38,343 nucleotides of DNA from Phoronis australis (lineage: Eukaryota > Animalia > Phoronida): assembly GCA_002633005.1 (NCBI GenBank), contig NMRA01000994.1:23403-61745 (forward strand), written 5' to 3'. Every line of letters starts with the position of its first letter. Within the stretch, counting starts at the first letter, position 1. Both the position numbers and the translations under genes were made by a program. Below are positions 12,507-23,926 of this stretch, piece by piece. The notes under the pieces were generated by a model. The model made no database searches and had not been told where the DNA came from. It saw nothing but the letters and a program-made list of their open reading frames with translations.

Positions 12507-14536
12507 GCAAAATTTTACAAATAAGAGATAAACCTTCCGATAAAAGCAAAATTTCTAAGACTAACAGAAAATGGACCTGCAGACAACAAAATTCAATGAT
12601 TAAACTATGTNNNNNNNNNNNNNNNNNNNNNNNNNNNNNNNNNNNNNNNNNNNNNNNNNNNNNNNNNNNNNNNNNNNNNNNNNNNNNNNNNNNNNNNNNN
12701 NNNNNNNNNNNNNNNNNNNNNNNNNNNNNNNTTGTTATATTTCATGAAATCCCATAAAAGAATAGAGGCAAATGTAAAAACTACACTAGGGGGCATACCA
12801 GCAGTTGGAGCCGTGCGAATATTTGTTTGTGCAGTCATATTTATATTAGGAACATGCCAGCAAAATTTCATGAGCATCCATGCAGGGGTTTTGGAGATAC
12901 AACAGCGGACGCCAGATGGCCAGCTGGACAGATGGGCATGACAGCATCACTCATGTAAATATGTTGGTGTGTAACAAAACATACCCATATGACTACATCA
13001 TGTTCTGGCATTTTAAATTTGCTTGAGTGATTTGTGCAATAATCATTGAGGTAATCTGGGATAGAGGTGGGTGTTCATCAGCTTTTTACCTTGGAATTTG
13101 ATACAAACACAAATCTGTTAATACAGATATAGAAAATACTAACCAACCCAACAGAAAACTTGTGCACGAGCAAAACTGACCACAGAATGAATCAAGGAAG
13201 GAATTTTTAAAAAGATAATACCTCTTTCACCAGCTGATTGATGGAATGTTGAAGGAATGATTTAGTAAACAATGCTCAACAACCTCAAAAAAAAAAAACA
13301 ATTTAGAGAATATAAAAATATTTATGCCTGGTGATGAAAGAGACAGTTGTTCACAAGATAGAAATTGTTTCCCTAATATTCACCTCAATTTCACAGAATT
13401 TGGCAGTTGAGAATAAGCCTATAAGTGACACATTAATAAATAAATCAAATAGATGCTGGAATGCCCTGCAGTTAACGACGGATAAGAATATGAAATAGAA
13501 AAAAAAAAACAGTAAAAAGAAAACGATGAGCGTCGGTACTAAAATACATTAAAATATTCCCGTTTTGAGCAATGCGCTCTTTGTCTAGGGTATGATACAA
13601 ACTGCAAAAAGAAGGATATAAAATCGCACAGGTAACAATGGGTTCACCTTTGCTATTTTATCTATATCATGAATTTTGTGATTTTTTCTGGCAATTTTCA
13701 CACAGCCAGGGGAAAGTGAATTACTCTGTAACAGACGCGATATGGTACTTTTGACAGGAATTGTTTAAAATATATTTTTGATGAGCTTTCACATTCCATG
13801 CCTGTTTAGAGGCCGTCGATGTCCTTAATTCCTTCCAACACGAACAAATACTCCTGGTGGGCACCATAAAAATAGGAGAACGTGCAGTGCACAAATGGAC
13901 AGTTGCCGATTTGGGCAACTGAACAAAGAATTGCTCATAGTAGAAAGTTTGACAACGAAAGTATTTGTTCGAGCTGGAAGGAATCAAAGACATTGATGGC
14001 TGGCCTCCTAAGGTGACCTCTATGTGTAAAACGTACTTATAACAACAATATTTTTTTAAGTGTGAGGCATAATTCTTTGATAAACTTCGGGTGTATGAAG
14101 AGCCTATGAGCTTTACCGTCTCAAAGCCAAAGGCAAAGGCCGGTGGAAACGTCAATGGTCTACTTCACTTCAGAGACAGAGGTTGAAACAGGTTCTTGAA
14201 ATCAAGACCAGCTAAAGAAAGTGACCATTTCCGAATTTCAAGGTGGCCCAATTCACTGATCAGAAGTTTGAGTGGGCAGTTGCACAAAGTTTAAGAACAA
14301 ATGTCTTATGTCGCCTTGACGTTCTGTCAGACATAATGATTGTCTCATCAGACAGTTTGGAATTTTTATGACAAAAACTGAGAACAAGTAACAACATAAA
14401 CACCTTTTTAGGAGAAATTACTACGCTCAGACGATTACCAAATTTTATTTAATGCAAAAAATTTAGAAATCGACATTGAGACACAATTCATGGCATCTGG
14501 AAGAACAAAATTCAGAAATTCTTGTCAGAAACTTAC

Positions 14537-14560
14537 CCGCAGTTCTTCAATATCCGCCAT
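14537..14560 (-). CDS. Probable first coding exon (MADIEELR) of an unidentified - strand gene
   Basis: The - strand reads aaaATGGCGGATATTGAAGAACTGCGG|gtaagt: strong start context, perfect donor, directly next to promoter motifs. Product not recognised. Confidence 0.55.
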
Positions 14561-14594
14561 TTTCTCTTTTTTGGGATTCACCCGGAAATGACGT
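14554..14594. promoter_or_regulatory. Housekeeping-type, possibly bidirectional promoter core
   Basis: YY1 motif ccgccatttt (14554-14563) and composite ETS/CRE ccggaaatgacgt (14582-14594). Confidence 0.6.
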
Positions 14595-15819
14595 AGTTTA
14601 TAGGTCAAGTTGGGATTAACGGGAGATTGGCAGGTCTGAAGGAGAGTGGAGAAGAACAGTCGGTGAAGATTCCTAATACCTGAACTGGTGTGAATGAATA
14701 TTAGGTAATCATCGTTTGCAGGATTTCATGATTTTCAAACAGTAAAGTGAACTAAATAACGGGCTTATTCTTCAATTTGTCTTTGCGTTCCGTGTTCGCA
14801 TTCTCACCGACCTCACTGACACTGAGTGACTGACTCACTGAGTCACTGAGTGCCTGACTGTAGTCTACAGTGTAGAGAACATAACTGACCACCGTTTAGT
14901 TCTAGTTGAACAATACTCAAAAGGTAAAGCTCCTACGTGCGCGTATAGGGATGCCTTGGCTTAGGCTTAGGAGGTCGTCCGTGACATTTATTCCTTCCAG
15001 TAACAGTCTCTGCCTTAGTGTCAAGACTCAAGAATGCCAGTGTTGAAGTGACACCTCAAACACACCTGACAGTGACACACAGAAACATTGAGGGTGTCAA
15101 GGTAGAAAGTATGTTGCGAAAAGCCAATGCAGGCACATTAGGGGTAAAAAAGGAAACACAAAACCTCTCTGTTGCTCATGGGCCAGCGAAGTTTCCTTTG
15201 ATCTCACGCACATACCAAAAACTTTCTGCCGAGAGGCCCTAATGTGTGCATTCAACTGAAATGTTCATTTCTAAAACATTTTTCAGAGGATGGAACTTAC
15301 TAACAAAGATGGGTTACAAAGGCTACCTGTCATGTACTTATCAAGAAGTGAGACATTCAGTGCTTGCCACAGACTTCACAGGTACAAACAATTGGTATTT
15401 TAATTCATTTTTAATTCAAATTAAGAAGTGAATTCCGAAATACTTAATCACGCGTTCAGTGTTGGAGGTGGGATGGCTATGACAATTCTCCACACATTCC
15501 TCAAAAAAATTAATGTCAAAGTTGTCATATTCCATTTTTTAACCTGATTACTTTACAGCAAATATTTGGAAATTGATGAAGAGTTGTTTTATGACATCAA
15601 CACATCTTACAGACCATGCTAGTGACAAACTGAAAATTTTCGCAATCTCTATTTTAGCCGATAAATTTGTCAAATTAGAATTTCACCTGCCGGTCATATT
15701 ATATGCATAATAAGTGAAAATTTACCATAATTCTTGTCAAATGTTAGTCGCCTTGGAAACATGGTTAAAAAAAGGGAACCAGATTGTCAGTTGCTTGGAC
15801 ATGTGTAAGCCATGTAGGC

Positions 15820-16022
15820 TGTTACGTTTATCGTTGGGTAGCCAGAGTGGAAGGAACAACAATTGTTCGAGTGATAATAAATACGCCTATTCGTGTTCGT
15901 GGTAATACAAGCAGTGAACGGACAACTACAAACTGATGGTGAAACCATCACGTGACTACATAACATAACACGTGTTCTCTAAAAATAGTACATGACGTAA
16001 ACTAAATCATTCATACATCACA
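15820..16022 (-). repeat. 3' LTR (203 bp)
   Basis: tgttacg...catcaca, a direct repeat of 20179-20347. The polypurine tract (aggaggaaagag on the - strand) is adjacent at 16023-16034. Confidence 0.95.
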
Positions 16023-16403
16023 CTCTTTCCTCCTGAGCTGAAACTACATATCGTTAGCAACTAGCATAAATACAACACTACATGAGAGTCTGTTAAACAA
16101 ATGTTTGTCACAGATATTACAAATCCAGTCTCTCTGGTTGTTTCACCGTTCGCTTTGAACGTCTCGGTAATTGCATAGTCTCAGGTAATTGTACGTCTGG
16201 CGTTTTAGCTTCCACCGAGTCTGAGATGTCCGAACGCGATGCAGGCGATTCTGCTTCGGCTAACTCCGGTTTACTGGTGCTGTCTCAGAATCTCTGTTGA
16301 CAACTGGGTTAAGTACCGGTGGTACTCCAAGTGTGTCATCGTGTTGATCGCGAGGTTTGGACATGTCCGATGACAGATGTCGTGTGCGCATATGGTCTAC
16401 ATG

Positions 16404-19300
16404 TCATTTCCACACTTGACCGTTTTCCAATACCGCAACATATGACTTCGGTGCGGTTTTCTCCATCACTGTAGCCGGCCACCATTTCTCCTTTACTCGG
16501 AAATCTTTGATAAACACTTCCTCACCGACCACAAAGTCCCGTTGGTGGCATTTCGTGTCATAATAACGCTTTTGACTCTCCTGCTTGTCAAGCACTTTTT
16601 CCTCCACGCTGGGGCGTATTGCAGATAACCGCGTTCTGAGTTCGCGACCCAGAAATGAAAATGCAGGAGACTGTCCGGTAGTGGCATGTGCTGTCGAACG
16701 ATACGACAACAGAAAACTCGCAATCCGTTGTGCAAGCGACTTTCCGTTTGACTTGCTCGTACTCAGCGCACGTTTGAACGATTGTACTATTCGTTCTGCT
16801 GCCCCGTTACTCGCTGCGTGGTACGGTGCAACTAGCACTTGCTTAACCGCATTCATTTTCAAGAAATTTTTGAACTCTTGGCTTATAAATTGCGGACCGT
16901 TATCACTAACGAATTGCACTGGTACTCCATATCTACCAAATAACTCTCGCAAAACCGCAATGGTCGCATTTGACGTCGTGCTGGTCATATGGAATATTTC
17001 CGGCCACTTTGAGTGCGCGTCAATCACTATCAGAAAGTGTTGACCGTCCTTTTCCGCGAAGTCTGCGTGAACACGGTGCCAAGGCTTACTTGGCCACACC
17101 CAGGACATTAGTGGTGTCGCTGGCGGTAAATTTCGCACTTGTTGGCAAGCACCGCACGTTCGCACCAACTGTTCAATATCCTGGTCAACTTGAGGCCACC
17201 ATACATAACTGCGAGCAAGTTCTTTCATGCGCACAATACCTACATGTGCATTGTGTAATTCGTCAAGTATATCTTTACGGTATTTCTCGGGAATAACCAC
17301 ACGCATTCCCCATATGATGCACCCTTGCTCGGTCGTGAGCTCATGTTTTCTTCTGAGAAATGGTGTAAACCGCATGTCGTCAATTTCGCTAGGCCACCCG
17401 TACTGTACAAAATGTATCACTCGTGACAGAACGGGATCGTTCCTCGTAGCATGACTAATGGCCTTGCTGCTGACAGGCAGTCCATCCAATTGTTTGGTTT
17501 CGATGCAGTTGACTTCTTCTTCACCCCTTGTGGTAGGCAGTGGCAACCGTGATAAAGCGTCAGCGATAGCATTCTGTTTAGACGTGATGTATCGTATGTC
17601 GTAATTGAAAGCTGACAAGGTCACTGCCCATCGTTGCAATCTCTGCGCGGCAAGCGTCGGTATTGCCGTTTTAGGACCCAAAATTCTTTCCAACGGTTTA
17701 TGGTCCGTACAAATTGTAAACTTCCTTCCGTATAGGTATGCGTGAAACTTCCGCAAACCGAACATAATCGACAAAGCTTCTTTGTCCAATTGCGCGTACC
17801 CGCGTTCATGTTTTCCCAAGCTGCGAGATGCAAACGCAACCGGTTTCCCTACATTTCTATCGTACATGTGCAAAATTGCTGCACCGAGTCCATAAGGACT
17901 AGCGTCAACCACAAGTTCCAGTGGTAAAGTGGGATCGTAATGAGCTAACATTTTGTCTGAACTGATCGTTTTCTTTACTTTTGCAAACGCATCCTCGCAT
18001 TGTTTTGTCCATCTAAATGGAACTTTCCCCAGCAATTCGTTCAGGGGATAAATTATGGAGGATAAGTTAGGAATAAATTGAGCCTGAAAATTTACCATGC
18101 CTAACCACGACCTCAGTTCCGTCACGTTGCGTGGTGATGGTGCCAAGCGAATTGCTTCCACCTTATACTCTGTTGCTTGTAAGCCATGTGTACTTAATCG
18201 CCGTCCCATGTACACAACACTAGGTTGCATGAAGCTGCATTTCTCAGCCTTCACTCTCAACCCGAATTGTTCAAATCGTTTAAACAATTTGTGCAGATTT
18301 GCCAAGTGTTCCTCTTTGGTTTTTCCCGTCACAAGAACATCGTCCATAATGCCACATGTACCGTCAAGACCAGATAACAATTGGTCCATAAATTTTGACC
18401 AAATAGCGGGTGAGCTACTAATACCAAATGGTAATCGTGAGTAGGCGTACATGCCTTTGTGTGTATTAATGGTAAATAGTTTTTGTGAGTCAGTGTCTAA
18501 CAACATTTGCTGATAGGCACACCGCAAATCAATCTTGGAGTAGCTGTCACCTCCAGCCAGTTTAGTATACACTTCGTCTGATGTAGGGATCGGAAATTGG
18601 TCAGTTTTAATTGACTTATTTACTGTGACTTTATAGTCACCACATAGCCTTACACTGCCATCCGGTTTGGGAATACAAACAAGTGGGGTGGCCCACTCAC
18701 TGTAATCCACACGTTTGATGATGCCCTCGTTCTCCATTCGCGCCAATTCTTTCTCGACCGCGGCACGTAGTGCAACGGAACCGGCCGGGCCCTCAAGAAA
18801 ATGGGTGTTACGTCGTCGTGGAGGTGGAGCTTAGCTTCCATTCCTTTTATGGTTCCCAATTCTCGTTTGAAGACGTTTGGGTATTTTGTCTGGAACTCGT
18901 TGATCCAGTCGGTGATGACGTATTGACCATCCGTAGGTATTTTCAATTGGTCAGCCAGTTGGTGCCAATCCAACTTTAACTGACTCAGCCACACTCGACC
19001 CAACAAAGGAGAGGCGTGGCGATCCGCTCGTACGATCGTTAATGGCAATGCCACGTTTTGGCCTTCATATTCAACGTCTACGGTGATTTATCCCGCAACA
19101 TCTAATTGCGCTCCGGCATATGCATGCATATTCTGCTGTCTAAGTTTCAAGGGAATATATTTGAAATGTTTCTCATAGTCAGCGAAACTTATGACTGATG
19201 ATCCTGCGCCAGGGTCAAATTCCATATTGAATAGAATTCCCTCAATCTTAATAGGAACCTTGATTGCTGGCGGTACGGGTGAGGACGTTTCATCAGTGGC
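16404..19300 (-). pseudogene. Gypsy pol (protease, RT, RNase H, integrase) with disablements
   Basis: Protease motif altered to FDPGAG, in-frame stop at about 19088, frameshift at about 18770. The 780-aa ORF has WATPLV, RLCGDYK, RLPFG, IMDD, VDASPYGLGA, TDHKPL, an HHCC finger and the integrase core (HADFAE...SDNGPQF...NGAAER). Premature TGA in WK*HVDH. Confidence 0.93.
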
Positions 19301-19349
19301 AAATAATAAATCAAGGGTCACATCATCATCTTCAACGAAATGTGCCCGA

Positions 19350-20165
19350 TTTTGTGCCCCTTTCTGACATTCCGATTTCAAATGGCCAATGTTATTACAT
19401 TTAAAACACTTACTGTTTTTGTGTCTACAGTTGTCTGGTGTGTGGTTGTTTAGTCCACAGCGCCAACACTGTTTCCGCTGAGTTCCTTGACCATTTCTCT
19501 GCGTTCTGCGTGACTGTGTTTCGTTTCTCGGCGTGCGCGGGGTACTTCTCGCTCTCGGGTTCACTGTTATACGACGATTTCCTTCCTTGAACTCGATTCA
19601 CTGCGCCCGTTGCAGCATTCTCCGCGCTATTGCCTCCCGGATGAATGTCCTTCATGTCCTTTGCCTCTGTTTCCTGCGCAACCGCTTCTTTGATCGCCTC
19701 GTCAAATGTAAATTCTTTGACAAGCAGTCTCTTTTTCATGTTGTCAGATCGTATTCCGCAAATGAACCTGTCTCTTAGATTGTCGTTCAGTGCGTCTGCC
19801 GTAAATTCGCAAGTTCCAGCCATTTTCCAAAGCTCCCGTACAAATTCCATGACTGATTGTCCCTCTTTTTGGACTACGGAATGGAACCTATATCTCTCCG
19901 CCGTTTTCAGTCTCGTTGGCTTAAAATGATTTTTAAGCAAGGTACATATGTCATCATATGATTTCGTCGCCGGACTGGAGGGAAATGCTAAGTCTTTCAC
20001 AACTTGGTAGCAGTCTGCCCCCATGCTGCTCAGCAAAACCGCCCGTTTCTTGACTGCTTTGTCCGATAAATCGGCCGTAACTAAAAATTGTTCCAAACGT
20101 TCCAAATAGCTGTCCATATCTTCCCGTTTGTTGTACTCCTCGAACTGAATCGTCCTCGAAGCCAT
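19350..20165 (-). pseudogene. Gypsy gag with two CCHC zinc knuckles, frameshifted
   Basis: MASRTIQFEEY...YLERLEQF...AERYRFH...LRDRFICGI. The knuckles CWRCGLNNHTPDNC and CFKCNNIGHLKSEC lie in a shifted frame (shift at about 19560). Confidence 0.92.
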
Positions 20166-20167
20166 TT

Positions 20168-20177
20168 CTCGTCGCCA
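20168..20177 (-). other. Primer-binding site (tRNA-Ser-type)
   Basis: TGGCGACGAG lies 1 nt inside the 5' LTR boundary and is complementary to a ...CTCGTCGCCA tRNA 3' end. Confidence 0.85.
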
Positions 20178-20178
20178 A

Positions 20179-20347
20179 TGTTACGTTTATCGTTGGGTAG
20201 CCAGAGTGGAAGGAACACCAATTATTCGAGTGATAATGAAATACGTCTATTCGTGATCGTGGTAATACAAGCAGTGCACGTACAACTACAAACTGATGGT
20301 GAAACCATCACGTGACTAGACGTAAACTAAATCATTCATACATCACA
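20179..20347 (-). repeat. 5' LTR (169 bp)
   Basis: Matches the other LTR apart from about 6-7 substitutions, a 1-bp indel and a deletion of about 35 bp. Confidence 0.95.
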
Positions 20348-21566
20348 TATGTAAAACGCTTAGAACCCAGCATCATCTAAGTGTATTTTATTGCTTTGTC
20401 CTTACAAAACATGATCGACCCTGGGACATTTTGATACAATGTTCAAGCTACCCTTGGAGCGCGTGTTTGAGCAAGTCTGAACGATGTATGTTTTCGAAAA
20501 TATATTCTGAAAAGGCACAAAAAAGTAGATTATTGAAATATGCTGTTTTTTTAAAGATACACTTGAAAAATGAAGCCCACACTCACTGTTTATTATGCTA
20601 TTGTGAATATCAACAAGTAAGGGTATTTGTTTGACGTTCGTAAGCAGACGAACGCTGGAAACTTCAACGCTAGATGTCGCGGACCGCGCAGAAAAGGAAA
20701 TGAGATCGTTCACGACTTAATTTGACTTTTTAGGACCTCCGACGGTAGTTATCAATCAACAAGTACTTACTACAAGTAGAGGCAAGTAGAGCTGTCGTGN
20801 NNNNNNNNNNNNNNNNNNNNNNNNNNNNNNNNNNNNNNNNNNNNNNNNNNNNNNNNNNNNNNNNNNNNNNNNNNNNNNNNNNNNNNNNNNNNNNNNNNNN
20901 NNNNNNNNNNNNNNNNNNNNNNNNNNNNNNNNNNNNNNNNNNNNNNNNNNNNNNNNNNNNNNNNNNNNNNNNNNNNNNNNNNNNNNNNNNNNNNNNNNNN
21001 NNNNNNNNNNNNNNNNNNNNNNNNNNNNNNNNNNNNNNNNNNNNNNNNNNNNNNNNNNNNNNNNNNNNNNNNNNNNNNNNNNNNNNNNNNNNNNNNNNNN
21101 NNNNNNNNNNNNNNNNNNNNNNNNNNNNNNNNNNNNNNNNNNNNNNNNNNNNNNNNNNNNNNNNNNNNNNNNNNNNNNNNNNNNNNNNNNNNNNNNNNNN
21201 NNNNNNNNNNNNNNNNNNNNNNNNNNNNNNNNNNNNNNNNNNNNNNNNNNNNNNNNNNNNNNNNNNNNNNNNNNNNNNNNNNNNNNNNNNNNNNNNNNNN
21301 NNNNNNNNNNNNNNNNNNNNNNNNNNNNNNNNNNNNNNNNNNNNNNNNNNNNNNNNNNNNNNNNNNNNNNNNNNNNNNNNNNNNNNNNNNNNNNNNNNNN
21401 NNNNNNNNNNNNNNNNNNNNNNNNNNNNNNNNNNNNNNNNNNNNNNNNNNNNNNNNNNNNNNNNNNNNNNNNNNNNNNNNNNNNNNNNNNNNNNNNNNNN
21501 NNNNNNNNNNNNNNNNNNNNNNNNNNNNNNNNNNNNNNNNNNNNNNNNNNNNNNNNNNNNNNNNNN

Positions 21567-21608
21567 GAAAATGTAACAACCCCAATGGACATGGACATAA
21601 CTATAAAG
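21567..21608 (+). CDS. PTS: PTS exon 3' end, (G)KCNNPNGHGHNYK; first visible copy in the 59-bp array
   Basis: ga aaa tgt aac aac ccc aat gga cat gga cat aac tat aaa g|gtgagc matches the PTPS signature GKCNNPNGHGHNYK (catalytic Cys, Zn-binding HxH). The phase-1 donor joins in frame to 22809. The copy actually used may lie in the gap. Confidence 0.85.
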
Positions 21609-21746
21609 GTGAGCTTTAATACTCCGAAAATGTAACAACCCCAATGGACATGGACATAACTATAAAGGTGAGCTTTAATACTCCGAAAATGTAACAACCC
21701 CAATGGACATGGACATAACTATAAAGGTGAGCTTTAATACTCCGAA
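21567..21746. repeat. 59-bp tandem array of PTS exon end plus splice donor, at least 3 identical copies
   Basis: Unit gaaaatgtaacaaccccaatggacatggacataactataaaggtgagctttaatactcc starts at 21567, 21626 and 21685 and abuts the gap. Confidence 0.95.
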
Positions 21747-21850
21747 GAACCTGTCAATGGTTAAACTTAAAAGGATATCAAAACTGGTTTTGGCCGATTA
21801 ATATACGTGTGTTAAAACTAATATTCCCAATCCATCTAGTTCACAGAAAC

Positions 21851-22064
21851 TAGAATATAAATAGGTAAATAAAACAACAAGAATGGATCAATTGAAATTT
21901 TCGGATATAATAACGTCCTTTGTCAACAGAAACAGAAATAAAGTAAAGTCAAACACTGTATGACAATTGACATTCATTTCTGTTTCTGTTGACAAAGGAC
22001 GTTGTTATATCCGAAAATTTCAGTTGATCCATTCTTGTTGTTTTATTTACCTATTTATATTCTA
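21851..22064. repeat. Foldback with arms of about 89 bp; possible Penelope-like remnant
   Basis: 21851-21939 is the reverse complement of 21976-22064 with about 2 mismatches. Spacer about 36 bp. Confidence 0.9.
21986..22023 (+). ncRNA. Minimal type I hammerhead-ribozyme-like motif (U3-A8 variant); mirror copy at 21892-21929 on the - strand
   Basis: ctg-TTGACAA-aGGA(cgttgttata)TCC-GAAA-attt-cag: core boxes, stem II, palindromic short stem III and a 3-bp stem I. Pattern match only. Confidence 0.45.
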
Positions 22065-22808
22065 CATTTCCTGAAACAATAGTATCCTTGGGAGGATCTG
22101 GATCGCCTGCTTAACATTCAAGCATGACCTACGCTTAGGCAATAAAAGGCTTGAAGACATTTCTGCGTTTGATTGGAAAAAAATATGTACTTTTAGACTA
22201 AGCCATTTTTGTCAATTTTCATTAAGCACAGTTAGTATAAATTAACTTTAATTTTAAGTTATGAAGACAATTACTTGCAATTAAGGTGATTTGATTACCT
22301 CTGTTACCATGGGTGACACTTTTTTACATATCTTTTAAGATACAACTTGTCAACACATGAAACTGTATAGTGTTCTAATCCTTGATGATCACAGAAAGCT
22401 ACCGTGTGCACGGAAATAATGCCTTACTGTTTATGTCACGTGATTGAGTTTTTCTCAAAAAAATGCAATGTTTCCAAGTTCAGTGCAGGGTAAGTCGTGG
22501 CTGTCATGTACGTGACAAATTTCACACGAAACTTGAAAATTCTTCTATTGGGTACAACTGGGTGCCTGGAAAAATTAGCTAGCCATTTACATTTAGGTCT
22601 ATTTAGAACAAAAGAAGTTGATGAGTTATGTTTTAAATGATATTTAAAGAAGTGTTACCCTTGGTAGCAGAAGTTTTCCAATTACCTCAAACAACACTGG
22701 ATTTTCTAAGTTTTTGCTAATTTTCAATATAATGCTTGGAGTATTGTACATTCATTGGAAGGTGGTGGTAGTATTAGCCTAGCTACTAAATGACATTTCT
22801 TGTTTCAG

Positions 22809-22888
22809 TTAAGGTGACATTGAAAGGAAATGTCGACCCTGTCACTGGGATGGTCATCAATATTACCGATCTTAAAGGCTACATGAAG
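22809..22888 (+). CDS. PTS: PTS internal exon (VKVTLKGNVDPVTGMVINITDLKGYMK)
   Basis: tttcag|...|gtagta, 80 nt. Aligns with the PTPS segment [27 protein letters not shown]. Confidence 0.95.
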
Positions 22889-23434
22889 GTAGTAAACTGG
22901 GTTCAACTTTTAATTAGCCAGCAACCCAAAGTCTTTCTGAATTATTTTAAATATAATTTTGTTGTCCTAAATCAGACCTTTGACATCATATAAATAAGAA
23001 TTATTAGTGATCTGTAATTATGTCTCAAAAAGATCTCCAGCCTCCAACTCGGGTTCAAACTAGGGATGTTCTGTTAACTGTGCATATCCTCTTGTCCACT
23101 GAAGTATTGGGACCACTGGTTAATTACAGAATTACAAAGACCAGCAATAGAGAGGATTTTACCCAAACTTGACAGTGTGTAATTGTGCTGTTATATATCA
23201 GCATTTTGATACCGTATGTAAATAAGAATTATCATATACGCCATATGTTCCAAATTTACAAGCATTGCTCAGAATTAATAGGAAGCTACAAGAGACACCA
23301 CTGTGTGGAGTTCAGCGATCACTTCTGGATCATTTCACCATGGTAGTGCTGCAAACTTGATTTTGTTATAAAATAGGCGATTATTGAGCTTGGTAATATT
23401 GCTTGTGTCATCAGTGGACAATGCCATTACCTCA

Positions 23435-23926
23435 CAGCGCTTGACGCTAAGCTAAATGCCAAGTCCCATTTGGCTAAAATCCCAGGTCGCCAAACGAAAT
23501 CTGAGGCTGCCAAAAATAAAAATCTCATGCGTCGAAATGAATTCTGGGGGAAAAATGTCGAACGGCAGTAATGCCACCTATTCCCTTGAGCTCCCCCAGT
23601 TTCCCATATATGTGCCTAAATGTAGACCTACATTCATTGTTTCATTCTCTAACCCCATTGACAAACGAAGTAATAGAATGCAGACAACCGCATGGGCTGG
23701 TGTTGCGAATCTGTCTGTTGCGCTGATTTCACAAAATAAAACTGAACAATTTTGAATCAAAGGTAATAGATCTAGGAACACTGTTGGTAATTTAAAGTTT
23801 GGAACAAATTTAGAGGAAATTGTTGTGTTACTTTGATACTCTCAGTGACGACTTTGTGGCGACTTGGAAATTTTCCCAGGTCTCCAAACACAATCTGAGG
23901 TCACGTGGTCTCCAAATTGAGCACTG
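23435..23926. mobile_element. Possible hAT-like non-autonomous element
   Basis: Ends cagcgct... and ...agcactg. A related subterminal block occurs near both ends (caggtcgccaaacgaaatctgagg and caggtctccaaacacaatctgagg). No clear TSD. Confidence 0.35.

Larger units (their letters stand above)
15820..20347 (-). mobile_element. Full-length decayed Ty3/Gypsy LTR retrotransposon (Mag-like)
   Basis: Two TG...CA LTRs, PBS, PPT, and gag-PR-RT-RNaseH-integrase domain order. Two CCHC knuckles and short LTRs fit the Mag group. Confidence 0.97.

Noticed and set aside
11144-14155. ORFs 11144-11584, 11227-11478 and 13721-14155 as Cys-rich proteins
   Set aside because: They overlap a degenerate dispersed repeat whose copies do not keep a common frame, and no domain is recognisable.
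14708-14720. CAT CGT TTG (HRL) as PTS exon 1
   Set aside because: It lacks the preceding FSA[SC] and has an in-frame stop just upstream. The real first coding exon is probably in the gap.
16493-20315. Short antisense and alternative-frame ORFs inside the Gypsy element
   Set aside because: These are shadow ORFs of gag/pol with no independent motifs, and no env-like ORF is present.
20800-21566. Gap length of 767 equals exactly 13 x 59, suggesting it is filled with repeat units
   Set aside because: Gap sizes are estimates, and the gap must also hold the start of this PTS exon. Treated as a probable coincidence.
20730-21703. Long ORFs of 259-315 aa
   Set aside because: They consist almost entirely of N-gap translation.
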